Below, in pieces: positions 11,836 through 23,781 of a stretch of DNA of 41,058 bases. The DNA comes from Octopus bimaculoides (Eukaryota). The stretch's first letter is position 1; each line of letters opens with the position of its first letter. Both the position numbers and the translations under genes were made by a program. The notes under the pieces are model-generated. The model worked only from the letters and a program-made list of their open reading frames with translations, did not search any database and had not been told where the DNA came from. Location of the stretch: the NCBI RefSeq assembly GCF_001194135.2, contig NC_068991.1, forward strand, positions 9,166,107 through 9,207,164. The letters are read 5' to 3'.

Positions 11836-12426
11836 CACTATCTCTCTATCTCTCTCACTCTCTCTCTCTCACTCTCTCTCACTCTCTCACTCTCCATCTT
11901 AGTGAATACATACATAGGATAAATATTTAATGCTTATCGTGTTTGCTATATGAAATTAGGTATATTTGCTCTAGCAGCTATTTTGTTAATAATATAAATG
12001 GCCTTAGTTGTCTATTCTGATAATATATTAATAATAACAAATGATATGGTTGTTTTTTTCGATCATGATCAAAATAAATACTATTGGTAATAATAATAAA
12101 TATTAACAATCGGCATTATAATGATAATAGTAATAGCAACAATGATAATTATAGTAGTAGTATTGTTAATAATGATATCAATAAACACTCAATTTCAACA
12201 ACAGTATCACTAATTGTACCAGCAAACATCACTCCAGCTACTAAAATACTAACAATAATAATAAAAAGGAAAAGTACAATTAGGCGATCTAGCTATGGTA
12301 ATATTATTAAATCATTGATATAACTAATATCATGATTAAGAATAATTGTCTTACTGTTAGATAATTAGTCTGCTTGATTTGCTTGATAATAGTTTGCAAT
12401 TGTTGGTGATGTGGACGTAAGTAAAG

Positions 12427-12516
<90 letters not shown>

Positions 12517-12611
12517 GAAAAACTTTCAAAATACAAAGAACTGGAAATAGAGATAACTCGAATGTGGAATCTAAAAACAGAAACAACTCCTATCATAGTA
12601 GGAGCCTTAGG
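12517..12611 (+). mobile_element. Duplicate of the first 95 nt of the R4/Dong-like fragment, cut off by a gap
   Basis: Matches 12959-13053, is also preceded by (AAT)n, and ends at the N-run. Confidence 0.75.
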
Positions 12612-12868
12612 NNNNNNNNNNNNNNNNNNNNNNNNNNNNNNNNNNNNNNNNNNNNNNNNNNNNNNNNNNNNNNNNNNNNNNNNNNNNNNNNNNNNNNNNN
12701 NNNNNNNNNNNNNNNNNNNNNNNNNNNNNNNNNNNNNNNNNNNNNNNNNNNNNNNNNNNNNNNNNNNNNNNNNNNNNNNNNNNNNNNNNNNNNNNNNNNN
12801 NNNNNNNNNNNNNNNNNNNNNNNNNNNNNNNNNNNNNNNNNNNNNNNNNNNNNNNNNNNNNNNNNNNN

Positions 12869-12958
<90 letters not shown>

Positions 12959-13280
12959 GAAAAACTTTCAAAATACAAAGAACTGGAAATAGAGATAACT
13001 CGAATGTGGAATCTAAAAACAGAAACAACTCCTATCATAGTAGGAGCCTTAGGTATAATAAAAAAATATTCAGACAAATACATAACAAAAACACCAGGAC
13101 TTACAAATATATATGTCATACAGAAAATTGCACTACTGGGTACTGCACACATTCTACACAAAACACTTTCAATACAGTAAACATAAGAGCACCACAGCAA
13201 ACCACAGCACATACCCAAGGCGCACAGAGCTGCGCTCGGTAGTGAAGTGAAAGCACGTTATGAAAATAACACTACTGAAC
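12959..13280 (+). mobile_element. 5'-truncated R4/Dong-like non-LTR retrotransposon (C-terminal end of the restriction-like endonuclease domain plus 3' UTR)
   Basis: 12959-13180 reads EKLSKYKELEIEITRMWNLKTETTPIIVGALGIIKKYSDKYITKTPGLTNIYVIQKIALLGTAHILHKTLSIQ*, with the K-x-x-KY, MW, PIIVGALG and QKxALLGTA motifs I recognise from RLE-bearing R4/Dong-type elements; (AAT)n on both sides. Confidence 0.8.
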
Positions 13281-13301
13281 AATAATAATAATAATAATAA
13301 T

Positions 13302-13365
13302 CCTTTCTACACAAGGTCTGAAATTTGGTGGGAGGAGACAAGTCGATGACATCAACTCAGTACTA
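13302..13365 (-). mobile_element. SINE family A, 3' fragment
   Basis: cctttctacacaaggtctgaaattt...gtcgatgacatcaac, similar to the copy at 1514. Confidence 0.55.
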
Positions 13366-13394
13366 CACTACCATGCATGCTTGTGCCTAACTAT

Positions 13395-13510
13395 GTGGTC
13401 TTCGATTCAATCCCACTGTGTGGTGCCTTGAGCAAGTGTCTTATACTGTAGCTGGAAACAGCGAGAGTTGGCTATAGGAAGAGCATCCAGCCGCTGAAAA
13501 ATCTACCTCA
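13395..13510 (+). mobile_element. SINE-like fragments (family C head plus a different tail)
   Basis: ttcaatcccactgtgtggtgccttgagcaagtgtctt is followed by gagttggctataggaagagcatccagcc. Confidence 0.45.
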
Positions 13511-13619
13511 AGATATGTCTGTCCCCTCTCCTTGTAAAAGTGGACGATGATAATATGCATGTATGTATGTATGTATGTATGTATGTATGTATGTATGTAT
13601 GTATGTATGATTGTGTGTG

Positions 13620-13662
<43 letters not shown>

Positions 13663-14220
13663 TCATTATATATTGAGTACATTTGCTTAATCTATTACTG
13701 TTTCCAGACTTCCATTCTCTTGTATGCTTTTGCTAGTCAGGTGGCAGCTATAACTGGTTTTATAGTTGGTAGTAATCATACGATGTATTTGTTAATGATG
13801 ATGTTATCACTTCATATGTTTTCTGTAGACTACATTTTCTACTTTATTTTCAGCAATCAGCCAGTATCTTTTCAATGTTGTTTGAGCTCGCGCTATCTGT
13901 CTTGTCATGATGTTTCACAATTTTGTATTAATTCAGCTTCTATGATTAATCTTCTGATGATTTTTTGGCGTGGGGGGGGGGAGTATGGTGGAATTCTAAA
14001 TGAGATGTTTATGCTACAAACGAACGTTTTATTTTCTTTCTAGCTTTGCTTAGTGTTATGTAATGCGTTCCGTTTCAATGGCTCCTTACTTAAAAAAAAA
14101 AAAATTGATGTACCGGAAAGCTTTTCTAAGTTGTATGCCTATTGAAGTTTGCATACAAATGCAAAGATTAAGTTAGTCATCCGAAATATAGATCTCTAAT
14201 ATCATCTTCATTAGTAAAAC

Positions 14221-14334
<114 letters not shown>

Positions 14335-15016
14335 ATGTACGTATTTGTACGTACGCGTGTGTATGTATGCATGTGAGTATATAAGTTGATAGGTAGGTAA
14401 GTTTATATATACAAAGGAATGAAGAGCACTTGAAACATTACCTAGAGTTTATATTTACAATTAAAGTAACTAATGCTCTCCCAATTATTAGACCAAAACG
14501 AGTGCAAGTATTAATTGCAACGTCTCTTGAAATATTTCATCCTGTTTAGTTCCTCTGGCTACCGTCAGGAGGTGTAATTAATGTTTTGTAGTCCCTTACT
14601 TTGGGGAGACAAATCTCTGTGAAGCAGAATATTGATCGATTTGGAATATTCAGTTCCTATATAAAGCAGTCATTAATAAGGTTATCACTGTAATGGAAAG
14701 CTTAAAATGCAAATTTATGCTTTTGACGACTCGTCGTTATTTAAACAACATCCGTTTTATGCAGGACACAGCGCGAATAGGAAAGACTGAAATATTAGAA
14801 GGCCTATAGCTGTAAGAGTATATATATATAAGAAGCTAAAAGCATTCTTTCTCTGACTTAAATGCATAAGGATAAGTGTGTCAAGGCACGTGGTGGACCA
14901 TATTACAATTTGTTGACCGCTACTCATACAGGTTATCTCCAAAGCATAGATGTACATAAATATGGTATGTTTGTGTGTGTGTGTATGTGTGTGTGTTTGT
15001 GTGTGTGTGTATGTAT

Positions 15017-15061
<45 letters not shown>

Positions 15062-15130
15062 TGTGTTTGTGCGCGCGCGCGCAGACTTCAAAGAACCTAT
15101 TTACAGCTCTGTCGTCGTTGTTGTTGATTA

Positions 15131-15330
15131 GCTACAAGTCAACTCTGACCGAGTAGATGTATGATCAAAAGCGTTCCAACTGGCCATTCCGTCTTCTTTT
15201 TTTTTCTTTTTCAATGTATTTAGGTGTACAACATCTAATGAAAAAAAAAGAAAAAAACCCACAGGTGTGATTTAAAAGAGATTTGGCTGCTATTTATAGC
15301 AGGTCAAGTGACCGTGTAGAAGGTTCCACA
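15131..15330 (+). mobile_element. Old dispersed repeat (TATGATCAAA...GACCATCCC plus GATTTGGCTGCTATT modules)
   Basis: Related segments occur at 2815-2880 (-), 3726-3790 (+), 24865-24908 (-) and 33560-33605 (+); class unknown. Confidence 0.45.
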
Positions 15331-16976
15331 TTGGATCCACCATTTATAGATTAGTGGATGAAATCGGTTAAAGTTTTCGGTTGTAGACACTACCTAATGC
15401 CAATGACAAGATACGAACCTTCAAACCCTTCATTCGGTAATTTACAGCACATTGATGAAGATTTTGAAATAACTGTCTTGAATTACTGAACGACAGTATA
15501 GAAAAATATCATCTTATGCAAGCACGGATGGTTGAGATACTGTAAATAGACATTATCTGGAATTGGCAGAGCAGTGTGATTAAACTTTTGAAGTGTAAAT
15601 ACTTAGAAATATATAGACTTAATTACGAAGAATGTCAATAATTTCAAAAATGAAAACAATGCACATTCCCAGATAAAAGCATAACATTGAGAGAAAGAAA
15701 AAGAAAAAAAATGCACTTGAAAAAAATTAAGCTAAGCGGGTATTGTGATAGTGTCGAAACAGCCAATGCTGACAATCAACAATCATACCAGCAGCTCCGA
15801 AGTTCTAATTTAAAAGCTAAGCACAAGATCTGTGTTTACTTATTAAAACTTACGTAGAAAATGTTTTTGAAATAACAAATATCAAAAGCTGTCAATATAA
15901 GAGAGAGAAATGTTTGCTCCAGAGATGTTCAGTATCAGTAACAAAGTGAGTAGATACGTATGCTGGAATCCTGAGATAATACTTCAGAAAGCAGATGGTA
16001 CGATAGCAAAACAGCAACACTTAGGGAAATGTCTTATTATACAATCTATAAAAAGACCAAAGGAAAACTGTCGAGATATTATTGGTATTGACTACAGGAA
16101 GTAAAATACCTGTTAATGGAAATTTCAACTCCCTAAGGATGAGAACTTTTGTGTAGAAAAAGCTTTGAAATGAAATGAAATGAAATAACTTTGAAATGAA
16201 ATAACTAGACTGGAAAAAATAAAAACCCAAATGATTTTAGTTGTAGAAAATGTAATGAGGTCAATGAAAAGTATATAAATATGCATAAAACGTAGGTTAC
16301 CCAACAATGTAATAAGCAAAATATAACAATATAGGCAGAGCGCATATATTATATATTTTATTAACGCCTATTGCTCTAAAGTGAGAATTCTCAACAGCAA
16401 ACAGTAGTGAATACTACCGCCGTTGTATAAATCAAATATGTCTCGAACATATTTGAGCTGATTTAAAAGTTTATTAACTGGCAACATTGTTTTCTCGTAC
16501 CTACAACAATATTTTGCTCTGACCGAGGCTGGCGTCGCACGTAATCAGCTCATTCTTTGAAGTTGATTTACTATAAGGAAACGAAAGTTTACAAAGTCAT
16601 TTCAGGGTTGTCACTCTTGCGGTACACGGAGCTGATGATAGCCACAAAGCAAAAAATGCATTTACCGCTTCCGCCAGAGATCGCCTTAAAATGACTCTTG
16701 GCGTTTGTTAGCACCTATTGCCCAGAGAGAGAATCCTTCTCTACAGCAAATAAAAGTGAATACAGCCTTTGTGCAGACCAGATATAGCCCAAAATCTAAA
16801 TTATATGTTTTAAGTATTACATAGCTGTAAGAAAAGCTTATACACACATGTAAGATCTGTAGGGACGCAGTATTTCATTATGCAGCCATCATATACTATA
16901 AATTATATAAAACGTTTTTATAAGTCAATACCGTGTTCTACTGTGTTAGCAGTGCGCTTTACATCACTTGTTAAGT

Positions 16977-17009
<33 letters not shown>

Positions 17010-17279
17010 TAAAAAATAGCAACAATCAGAGTGAAATATAAATGATTGTGTAATACATTTGAGTCACGTTGAGAATAATGTGATGACACATCAGATATGT
17101 ACAATATTGAAAAATAGTTTCATTTATGGGGATTTCTAGTGTTGACGCAAGCGATAGATTTATATGGGAACTGTTGTCAGTCGCTTGAATCGATTTGATC
17201 TCCGTGAATTACTTGTACGAAATTGATCGATTCTGATGAGATGAAAGGCCTTAATTGGCTCCAGTGTGTCATTGGGTAT

Positions 17280-17458
17280 GTGCTTGTCCCCCACCACTGC
17301 TTGACAACCAATGTTGATGTGTATATGTTCTCGGCAAAAGTAATCGATAGAATAAATACCCGATTTAAAAAGTAAGTACTATGGTAGACTAAAGTTCTTC
17401 AAGGCGGTGCTCCAGCATGGCCGTCGTCTAATGACTGAAGCAAGTAAAAGATAAAAGA
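17280..17458 (+). mobile_element. SINE family C, 3' half
   Basis: gcttgacaacc...aaggcggtgctccagcatggcc...gactgaagcaagtaaaagataaaaga. Confidence 0.75.
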
Positions 17459-17726
17459 CGCCAGTATATGCTCATATATACACACTTTATATGTGTAAGT
17501 GTGCTGAATGTAATACGAATATACTCTAAAAACTGTTTTACTCAATCTACTTACTCTAATGCCATCTAATGTAACAGAAATTAATTGACGACTTAAGCAC
17601 AAAGTAATAAGAAAAGAAAAATTTGTACTGAATCTAATATTAGTTTGTGACAAGGTTAATTGCCCGGTTTGTTCGTAAAAGTTAACAAACTAATGATTAA
17701 ATGATTGGCAACGTATGTAGTCTGCT

Positions 17727-17797
17727 CAATTTTCATTTTACTCCTAATTTCAGAATAACTATTCGTTATTCTGAAATTAGGAGTAAAGTGAAAATTG
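17727..17797. repeat. 33-bp near-perfect hairpin with 5-nt loop
   Basis: CAATTTTCATTTTACTCCTAATTTCAGAATAAC-tattc-GTTATTCTGAAATTAGGAGTAAAGTGAAAATTG; the single mismatch is a U-G wobble on the + strand. Confidence 0.9.
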
Positions 17798-18092
17798 CTG
17801 ACGATTAATTTAAATCATATACCCCTCCCGATGTTGAATACTTCAACTTTTTTACCGCATTTTGTGCAAGTTAATTAAAAATCGAACATAATTTCTATAA
17901 ACTGTATTTTGCATAAACAATAGCAGGAATGTTTTTATAACTAATTTTATTTTGATGAAAGTCTAAATATTTGAAACCATATTGAAATAAATTAATTTTT
18001 TAAATATTTACTTGTAAGATTTGGAATATAACAAACCGTAATCAAAATAAGTTCGTATGGTTTTTACTTCTTTTTTAGACTCAGCTAACTGC

Positions 18093-18094
18093 TA

Positions 18095-18175
<81 letters not shown>

Positions 18176-18202
18176 GTTATTATTATTATTATTATTATTA
18201 TT
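18093..18202. repeat. (ATT)n microsatellite about 60 nt upstream of candidate exon 4
   Basis: Direct reading. Confidence 0.95.
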
Positions 18203-18261
18203 GCGATGTGTATCAATATATCTGCACAAATTAATCCTGTATTTGTTTCTTTCTCCTTAAG

Positions 18262-18340
18262 AGGTGTGGATTTTTTAAATCCTGCGTTGAGTAGGTCTAG
18301 TTCATCACCAATTCATTCATCATTGATCCGGAAATGTACG
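18262..18340 (+). CDS. Candidate coding exon 4 (phase 2 to 0), GVDFLNPALSRSSSSPIHSSLIRKCT
   Basis: Strong polypyrimidine acceptor tttgtttctttctccttaAG, donor ACG|GTATGC; only one frame is open. Confidence 0.6.
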
Positions 18341-18370
18341 GTATGCCAATTGTGACCCATGTCACTTTAA

Positions 18371-18550
18371 ATTGTCCTGAGCATTGAGGATGGGAGCACA
18401 CTTTTGCAGTCGAAATAGAATCATTGACTGATCACCGACCAGTGTTATCACAAATCAATTCATGATCTGTGATCTGGTTGGCGTGGCGATCAAGCAATTA
18501 CTTTACTTCGACTGCAAAAGCGCGCTCCCATCCTCAATGCTAAGGCAACT
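18371..18550. mobile_element. MITE with about 45-bp TIRs between TTAA sites (Kolobok-like?)
   Basis: ttgtcctgagcattgaggatgggagcacacttttgcagtcgaa pairs with ttcgactgcaaaagcgcgctcccatcctcaatgctaaggcaa; TTAA at 18367-18370 and 18551-18554. Confidence 0.7.
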
Positions 18551-20007
18551 TTAAGTCTTGTAACGAAACCTATTTTCCCGATACGTTTTATTGTTCATAT
18601 ATCGCTGATTCATTAACTTTTTTTTTACTTTGATTTTTAATTTTTTCTTTTAACAAAACACTGTGATAAAAGAGGAGAGATGTACTCTAAAATTATCCAA
18701 AGATATTAAATCTTTAACATACTTAATATAACAGGCTATTTAGACCATACGGTATTCGCAGAATTTTTTTGAACTGTAGGATGTTTTAACGTTTATTACT
18801 GTAACAGATGATTTAGGTAAGTGGACTCTTTTTTTTTTTTTATCTGAAAATGCATCAAAAATTCAAACTTACTTTTTTATTGTCATTTTTTATGAGTTTA
18901 AAAGAAAAATACGATAAACATTTTAATTATCGTACTTGAGAAAACGCAAACACTTATTTTTATTATCAATTAATTCTAAGAGATGAGAGAACATTCATGA
19001 CTAATACTTAAGTATTTACCACAACAAACGCAATTCCTAAAACGAAGAGTTTAGTCTTTTGAAATATCAAGCATAAGATATTAATAAATCTTTTGGAGTA
19101 GTTCCTACATTCCTGAGATTTTTTTAATGTTTGATTTAGAAACAGAACATTACTTTGATCAATAAGCATCATGAAGTATTATAAAATGCCGTAGTTAAAT
19201 ATTTTCCTTCACATGTTTCGAGAAGGAAATGTGATCTTTTCTACTGCAGTCTGAAGTCAATTTAGGATTTAGCATGGAAAGACTGTATCGCTCTGTCCGT
19301 CAACCACTGATATGGACTGAACAATAGAAATGAAAATATTCCTGAGTTCTTCCAACAATTATGTTTGGCAGAACTTATGTATATATACATGACTGCTAAA
19401 GATTTATGTAATTTATGCCAACATTTGAAGCCAATGCAGTTTCTACGGTTCTTCCCTTTTTTTTTTTTTTGCAGTTAGTCAATATTGAATGGTTGTACTG
19501 TCAATTACTGTTTTCCTGACTAGTTTTATCTTATACTGTGATGTGAGTACTTTACGATGTATCATTGATGTAAATATCTCGGCAAGAAAGTGATGTATTT
19601 TTAAGGCCAATGTAACTATTAGAGTAGTTTATTTTCATGGTTGCATGTATATTTCTGAATAACATTGATCCCCTGCAATTCGTTCTGAGGACCGAGCGGG
19701 GAAGAAAACACAATAAAGAGTCAATGACTAGTGGTGTTTACTTATTTAAGCAAATAAGGAAGACAACTCCTCGTATGAGTCAATCTCATTAGATCTTCAC
19801 AGCAAAACAGAAATTTCAGCATAGCCGAACTAGTAAGGGGAGAATGTGAGATGTGAGCCCTGCAGGGAGTAGTGCTAACTGCACCCAGGTTGGAACTTGA
19901 TCAATCCTGTTTGAGTTGCCTGCATGAGGATGTCAGCGGAAAACTCAAAACACGCTATGACTCCTGTGAACATCAATGATGTATTTAGGTGCATCACAAG
20001 ATGATAT

Positions 20008-20071
<64 letters not shown>

Positions 20072-20644
20072 NNNNNNNNNNNNNNNNNNNNNNNNNNNNN
20101 NNNNNNNNNNNNNNNNNNNNNNNNNNNNNNNNNNNNNNNNNNNNNNNNNNNNNNNNNNNNNNNNNNNNNNNNNNNNNNNNNNNNNNNNNNNNNNNNNNNN
20201 NNNNNNNNNNNNNNNNNNNNNNNNNNNNNNNNNNNNNNNNNNNNNNNNNNNNNNNNNNNNNNNNNNNNNNNNNNNNNNNNNNNNNNNNNNNNNNNNNNNN
20301 NNNNNNNNNNNNNNNNNNNNNNNNNNNNNNNNNNNNNNNNNNNNNNNNNNNNNNNNNNNNNNNNNNNNNNNNNNNNNNNNNNNNNNNNNNNNNNNNNNNN
20401 NNNNNNNNNNNNNNNNNNNNNNNNNNNNNNNNNNNNNNNNNNNNNNNNNNNNNNNNNNNNTACAGTTATGAAAAAAGAAAGCATATAATACTCGTTTATT
20501 TTTATCAACAAAATTAAAAGTTACGATAAAATTATTATTATAGTTATGGTAAATGTATTAAGATTAATGACACTGAAAATATCAAAAATGAGGCTCACTA
20601 ATTTAATGTGCTAATAATTTTAATGAATTAATTATTATAACGTA

Positions 20645-20707
20645 AAGGCTATTTGCCAACATAATGTCGCTTTCCTGGGCAGCTACATTATGTTGGCAAA
20701 TAGACTT
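20645..20707. repeat. 63-nt hairpin of pre-miRNA size
   Basis: 19-bp perfect stem, 20649-20667 with 20685-20703, extended by 3 bp on each side across single mismatches; 9-nt loop. Confidence 0.85.
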
Positions 20708-20851
20708 AACTTTAAAGAGCTGCTACTGAATATCTCTCTTTGAGAGATTTAGAAATAATAATGTTTCTATCTAAGTATCACAACATTGATGCGATACTTA
20801 CTGTATACTTACTTTTGCATCCCACTGAATACATACATACATATATAATAT

Positions 20852-21151
20852 ATGGGGAAAAGTAAAAAGAAACGAAGAAAATGCATACTAGGTATAAAAG
20901 TAATGGCTTTTTATATAAAAACAAAGATGTATACATATAGATAGATGATTTGAGGTGGAATTAAGAAGTATAAAAATTATTATCATGAATCAATATAGAA
21001 AGTCATGTTTACTGACTTTGAATCACCACCCCCAAGTCATCTATAATATAGATTTTATATGTATGTATATATCTTTGTTTTCATATTAAAAAAAAGCCAT
21101 TACTTTTATACGTAGTATGCATTTTCTTTGTTTCTTTTTACTTTTCCTCTA
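20852..21151. repeat. Long imperfect inverted repeat (fold-back), arms about 110 bp
   Basis: ggaaaagtaaaaagaaacgaagaaaatgcatactaggtataaaagtaatggc...gaggtgg pairs with ccacc...gccattacttttatacgtagtatgcattttctttgtttctttttacttttcc. Confidence 0.8.
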
Positions 21152-21204
21152 TTTATACCACGTATAGTCTTTTTTCTTTGAAACCTGTTTCTATTACACA
21201 CACA

Positions 21205-21331
21205 CAGGGTGTCCACAAAGTCTGGATACATGGGGATTAACACGTACTTTAAGAAATTATTATTTCTTATATTTAATTGTTTATGTTATAATTTTATTTA
21301 CTCCAAGTACCCAGACTTTGTGGACACCCTG
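21205..21331. mobile_element. Tc1/mariner-type MITE, 127 bp
   Basis: 25-bp TIR CAGGGTGTCCACAAAGTCTGG(A/G)TAC with one mismatch; TA on the right, CA on the left. Confidence 0.85.
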
Positions 21332-21915
21332 TATATATATATATATATATATNNNNNNNNNNNNNNNNNNNNNNNNNNNNNNNNNNNNNNNNNNNNNNNN
21401 NNNNNNNNNNNNNNNNNNNNNNNNNNNNNNNNNNNNNNNNNNNNNNNNNNNNNNNNNNNNNNNNNNNNNNNNNNNNNNNNNNNNNNNNNNNNNNNNNNNN
21501 NNNNNNNNNNNNNNNNNNNNNNNNNNNNNNNNNNNNNNNNNNNNNNNNNNNNNNNNNNNNNNNNNNNNNNNNNNNNNNNNNNNNNNNNNNNNNNNNNNNN
21601 NNNNNNNNNNNNNNNNNNNNNNNNNNNNNNNNNNNNNNNNNNNNNNNNNNNNNNNNNNNNNNNNNNNNNNNNNNNNNNNNNNNNNNNNNNNNNNNNNNNN
21701 NNNNNNTATATATTCACCAAAGGAGGAAGAGAGGCAGACAATGACTCTGGGAGAAAAGATTTTTTTAAAGATAGAGTGATAAGGCGTACTGTAATAAAAC
21801 TTTGATTCAACCATGTACGTGTGTACAAATCCTACCCCTGAAAGATGCAAACATGAACTTAATACCCGACTGAGACTACAAGACTTCACAGAGAGTGTTC
21901 TGTCTATTCTTACAG

Positions 21916-21971
21916 ACATCTCGTGGAAAGATATGTCCTATTTATTTTGCTTACGTGTTGTCTTTACCCGT
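21916..21971 (+). CDS. Candidate coding exon 5 (phase 0 to 2), TSRGKICPIYFAYVLSLP(V); first half of a predicted TM helix
   Basis: Acceptor ttctgtctattcttacAG, donor CGT|GTGAGT; all three frames are open, so the frame was chosen by phase continuity. Confidence 0.55.
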
Positions 21972-22301
21972 GTGAGTGTGAGTGTGTATGTGTGTGCTGG
22001 GACTAGAATGCGTGCGCGTATGAGTGTGCGTGCGTGTGTGTGTACGTCAAAGCATGTTTGTGCATCACATAGAGAAAATACTTAGCATTCATATTATAAT
22101 AAATGTTTTGTTGATAATAAGTATATTTGTAAGACCATCGTATTTGCCACACACCAAATTTGAAATTAATAGACTGAAAACATCTCTGTGTAAGTCTACA
22201 ATACCACCAAAGTCAGCGTCTTTATGAACATGACTGCTTTCCTGCTTTAAATTTTCTACTGATGTCTTCGTTTTTGTTTTGTTTTATTCTGTTTTTAATA
22301 G

Positions 22302-22344
22302 TTTACTCACTCTTCTATGGAGGAAGAGGGGTCTCAGTTGGTAG
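22302..22344 (+). CDS. Candidate terminal coding exon 6, LLTLLWRKRGLSW*; second half of the TM helix plus basic tail
   Basis: Long T-rich acceptor ttttgttttattctgtttttaatAG; GT+T gives Val, yielding a continuous hydrophobic IYFAYVLSLPVLLTLLW followed by RKR; TAG at 22342-22344. Confidence 0.55.
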
Positions 22345-22470
22345 GGTTGATAAGGAATCGGCTTCCTGTGTCTGTTGTTGAAAGATCGACAGCTCCTATG
22401 CATATCAGTTACCGGAGAATCACTGTGACCTAGGACAGCATGTTTATCATTTTTTGGGATTTCGGCTAAA

Positions 22471-22476
22471 AATAAA
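22471..22476 (+). promoter_or_regulatory. Possible polyadenylation signal
   Basis: AATAAA about 127 nt after the predicted stop; such hexamers are common by chance in AT-rich DNA. Confidence 0.25.
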
Positions 22477-23071
22477 TATAATTCAACTCGAAGTGAGCAC
22501 TATGTCATTGATGAAAGTTTCACCAGGTTATACTTCTTCATTAATTCGCAAGTTGCTGGATCAGACAACGGGGAATCAACTGCGGTATTTTAATTTTTTA
22601 AATGTCAAATACCTGAAGTGAACAGGATTACCGCGAGCTCAATGTATTCGCAACACTTTCAGCGCTTTAAATCCGGCAACAACAATAATAACAACAACAA
22701 CAGCAACAATAATGTTTTGGCAGGAGAGGGCGAGAGAGGCAATAAGTTATTTTATTTTTGAATTTGCATACACCCAGACATAAACATACACACAACTATA
22801 CACACAAACACACATGGCGCAGTTGTAGACAGCTATATATACTTGCGAGTTCGTAAACCATTTAAAGGTAATTTATGTCCACATTAACGGAATACAATTA
22901 ATCAACTAAAGAGTTCTATATCTAGGGGGTTTATTTTTAGTCAGAAACCGCCATTAATCTTAATGAAGGATTAAATAGATTTATTCTTCGATATGAAATC
23001 CATCATTAATAATTCTTTGGTTCTTTTTCTTGTTTGTTTTTTTAATTTTTTGTACAGAGCTATAACGGCTA

Positions 23072-23123
<52 letters not shown>

Positions 23124-23419
23124 GTGGGATTAAGGGTGAGATTTTGGCTTTCAGCTTACATTAATTATCGATCAACGTAAAATATATGGCTAATTGTTCG
23201 GTGTGGTCAAACAGTATCATCTGTCAAGTAAATTTTGTTTGCAATTAGTGGTGAGATGTACGCTAATTAAAGCAACTATGCGTACAAAATAACTTAATAA
23301 ATTACACACACACACACACACACATACAAACCACACTACACATACACAAACACTCAAATACCGCCATTACTCTCACCGATAGTCTCAGCTATTTCTTTCC
23401 CATTGGCCTGTGCATGATA

Positions 23420-23542
23420 GCGCAGGCGTGACTGTGAGGTAAGAAGTTTGTATCCAAATTACATGGTTCCGGGTTCAGTCACCCTGCGTGGACCTTGGGC
23501 AAGTGTCTTCTACTATAGCGTCGGGCCTACTAAAGCTCATCG

Positions 23543-23604
<62 letters not shown>

Positions 23605-23781
23605 CGTATCTCTCACCACCACTTGACAACCAGTGTTTGTGTCTTTATGTCCCTGTAACGTAGCGGTTCGGCAAAAGATAGCGATATTATAAGCACCAGG
23701 CTTAAAACATACTGGAGTCGATTCGTTTGACTAAAAATTCTTCAAAGCCACAGTCTAATGACAGAAGCAATAAAAGAATAA
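23420..23781 (+). mobile_element. SINE family C, full length with internal (TG)n
   Basis: Head gcgcaggcgtgactgtg, ggttccgggttcagtc, central microsatellite, tail aataaaagaataa. Confidence 0.8.

Noticed and set aside
10527-11930. Long ORFs such as 467 aa at 10527-11930, about 360 aa at 32251-33445, and those at 12562, 21209 and 28043
   Set aside because: They are long only because they run through N gaps and dinucleotide repeats.
16596-16714. CpG-richer segment reading VVTLAVHGADDSHKAKNAFTASARDRLKMTLGVC*
   Set aside because: No convincing donor before the stop; cannot be placed in the model.
19867-19980. 38-codon frame GVVLTAPRLELDQSCLSCLHEDVSGKLKTRYDSCEHQ* after ctgcag
   Set aside because: No polypyrimidine tract at the acceptor and no recognisable motif.
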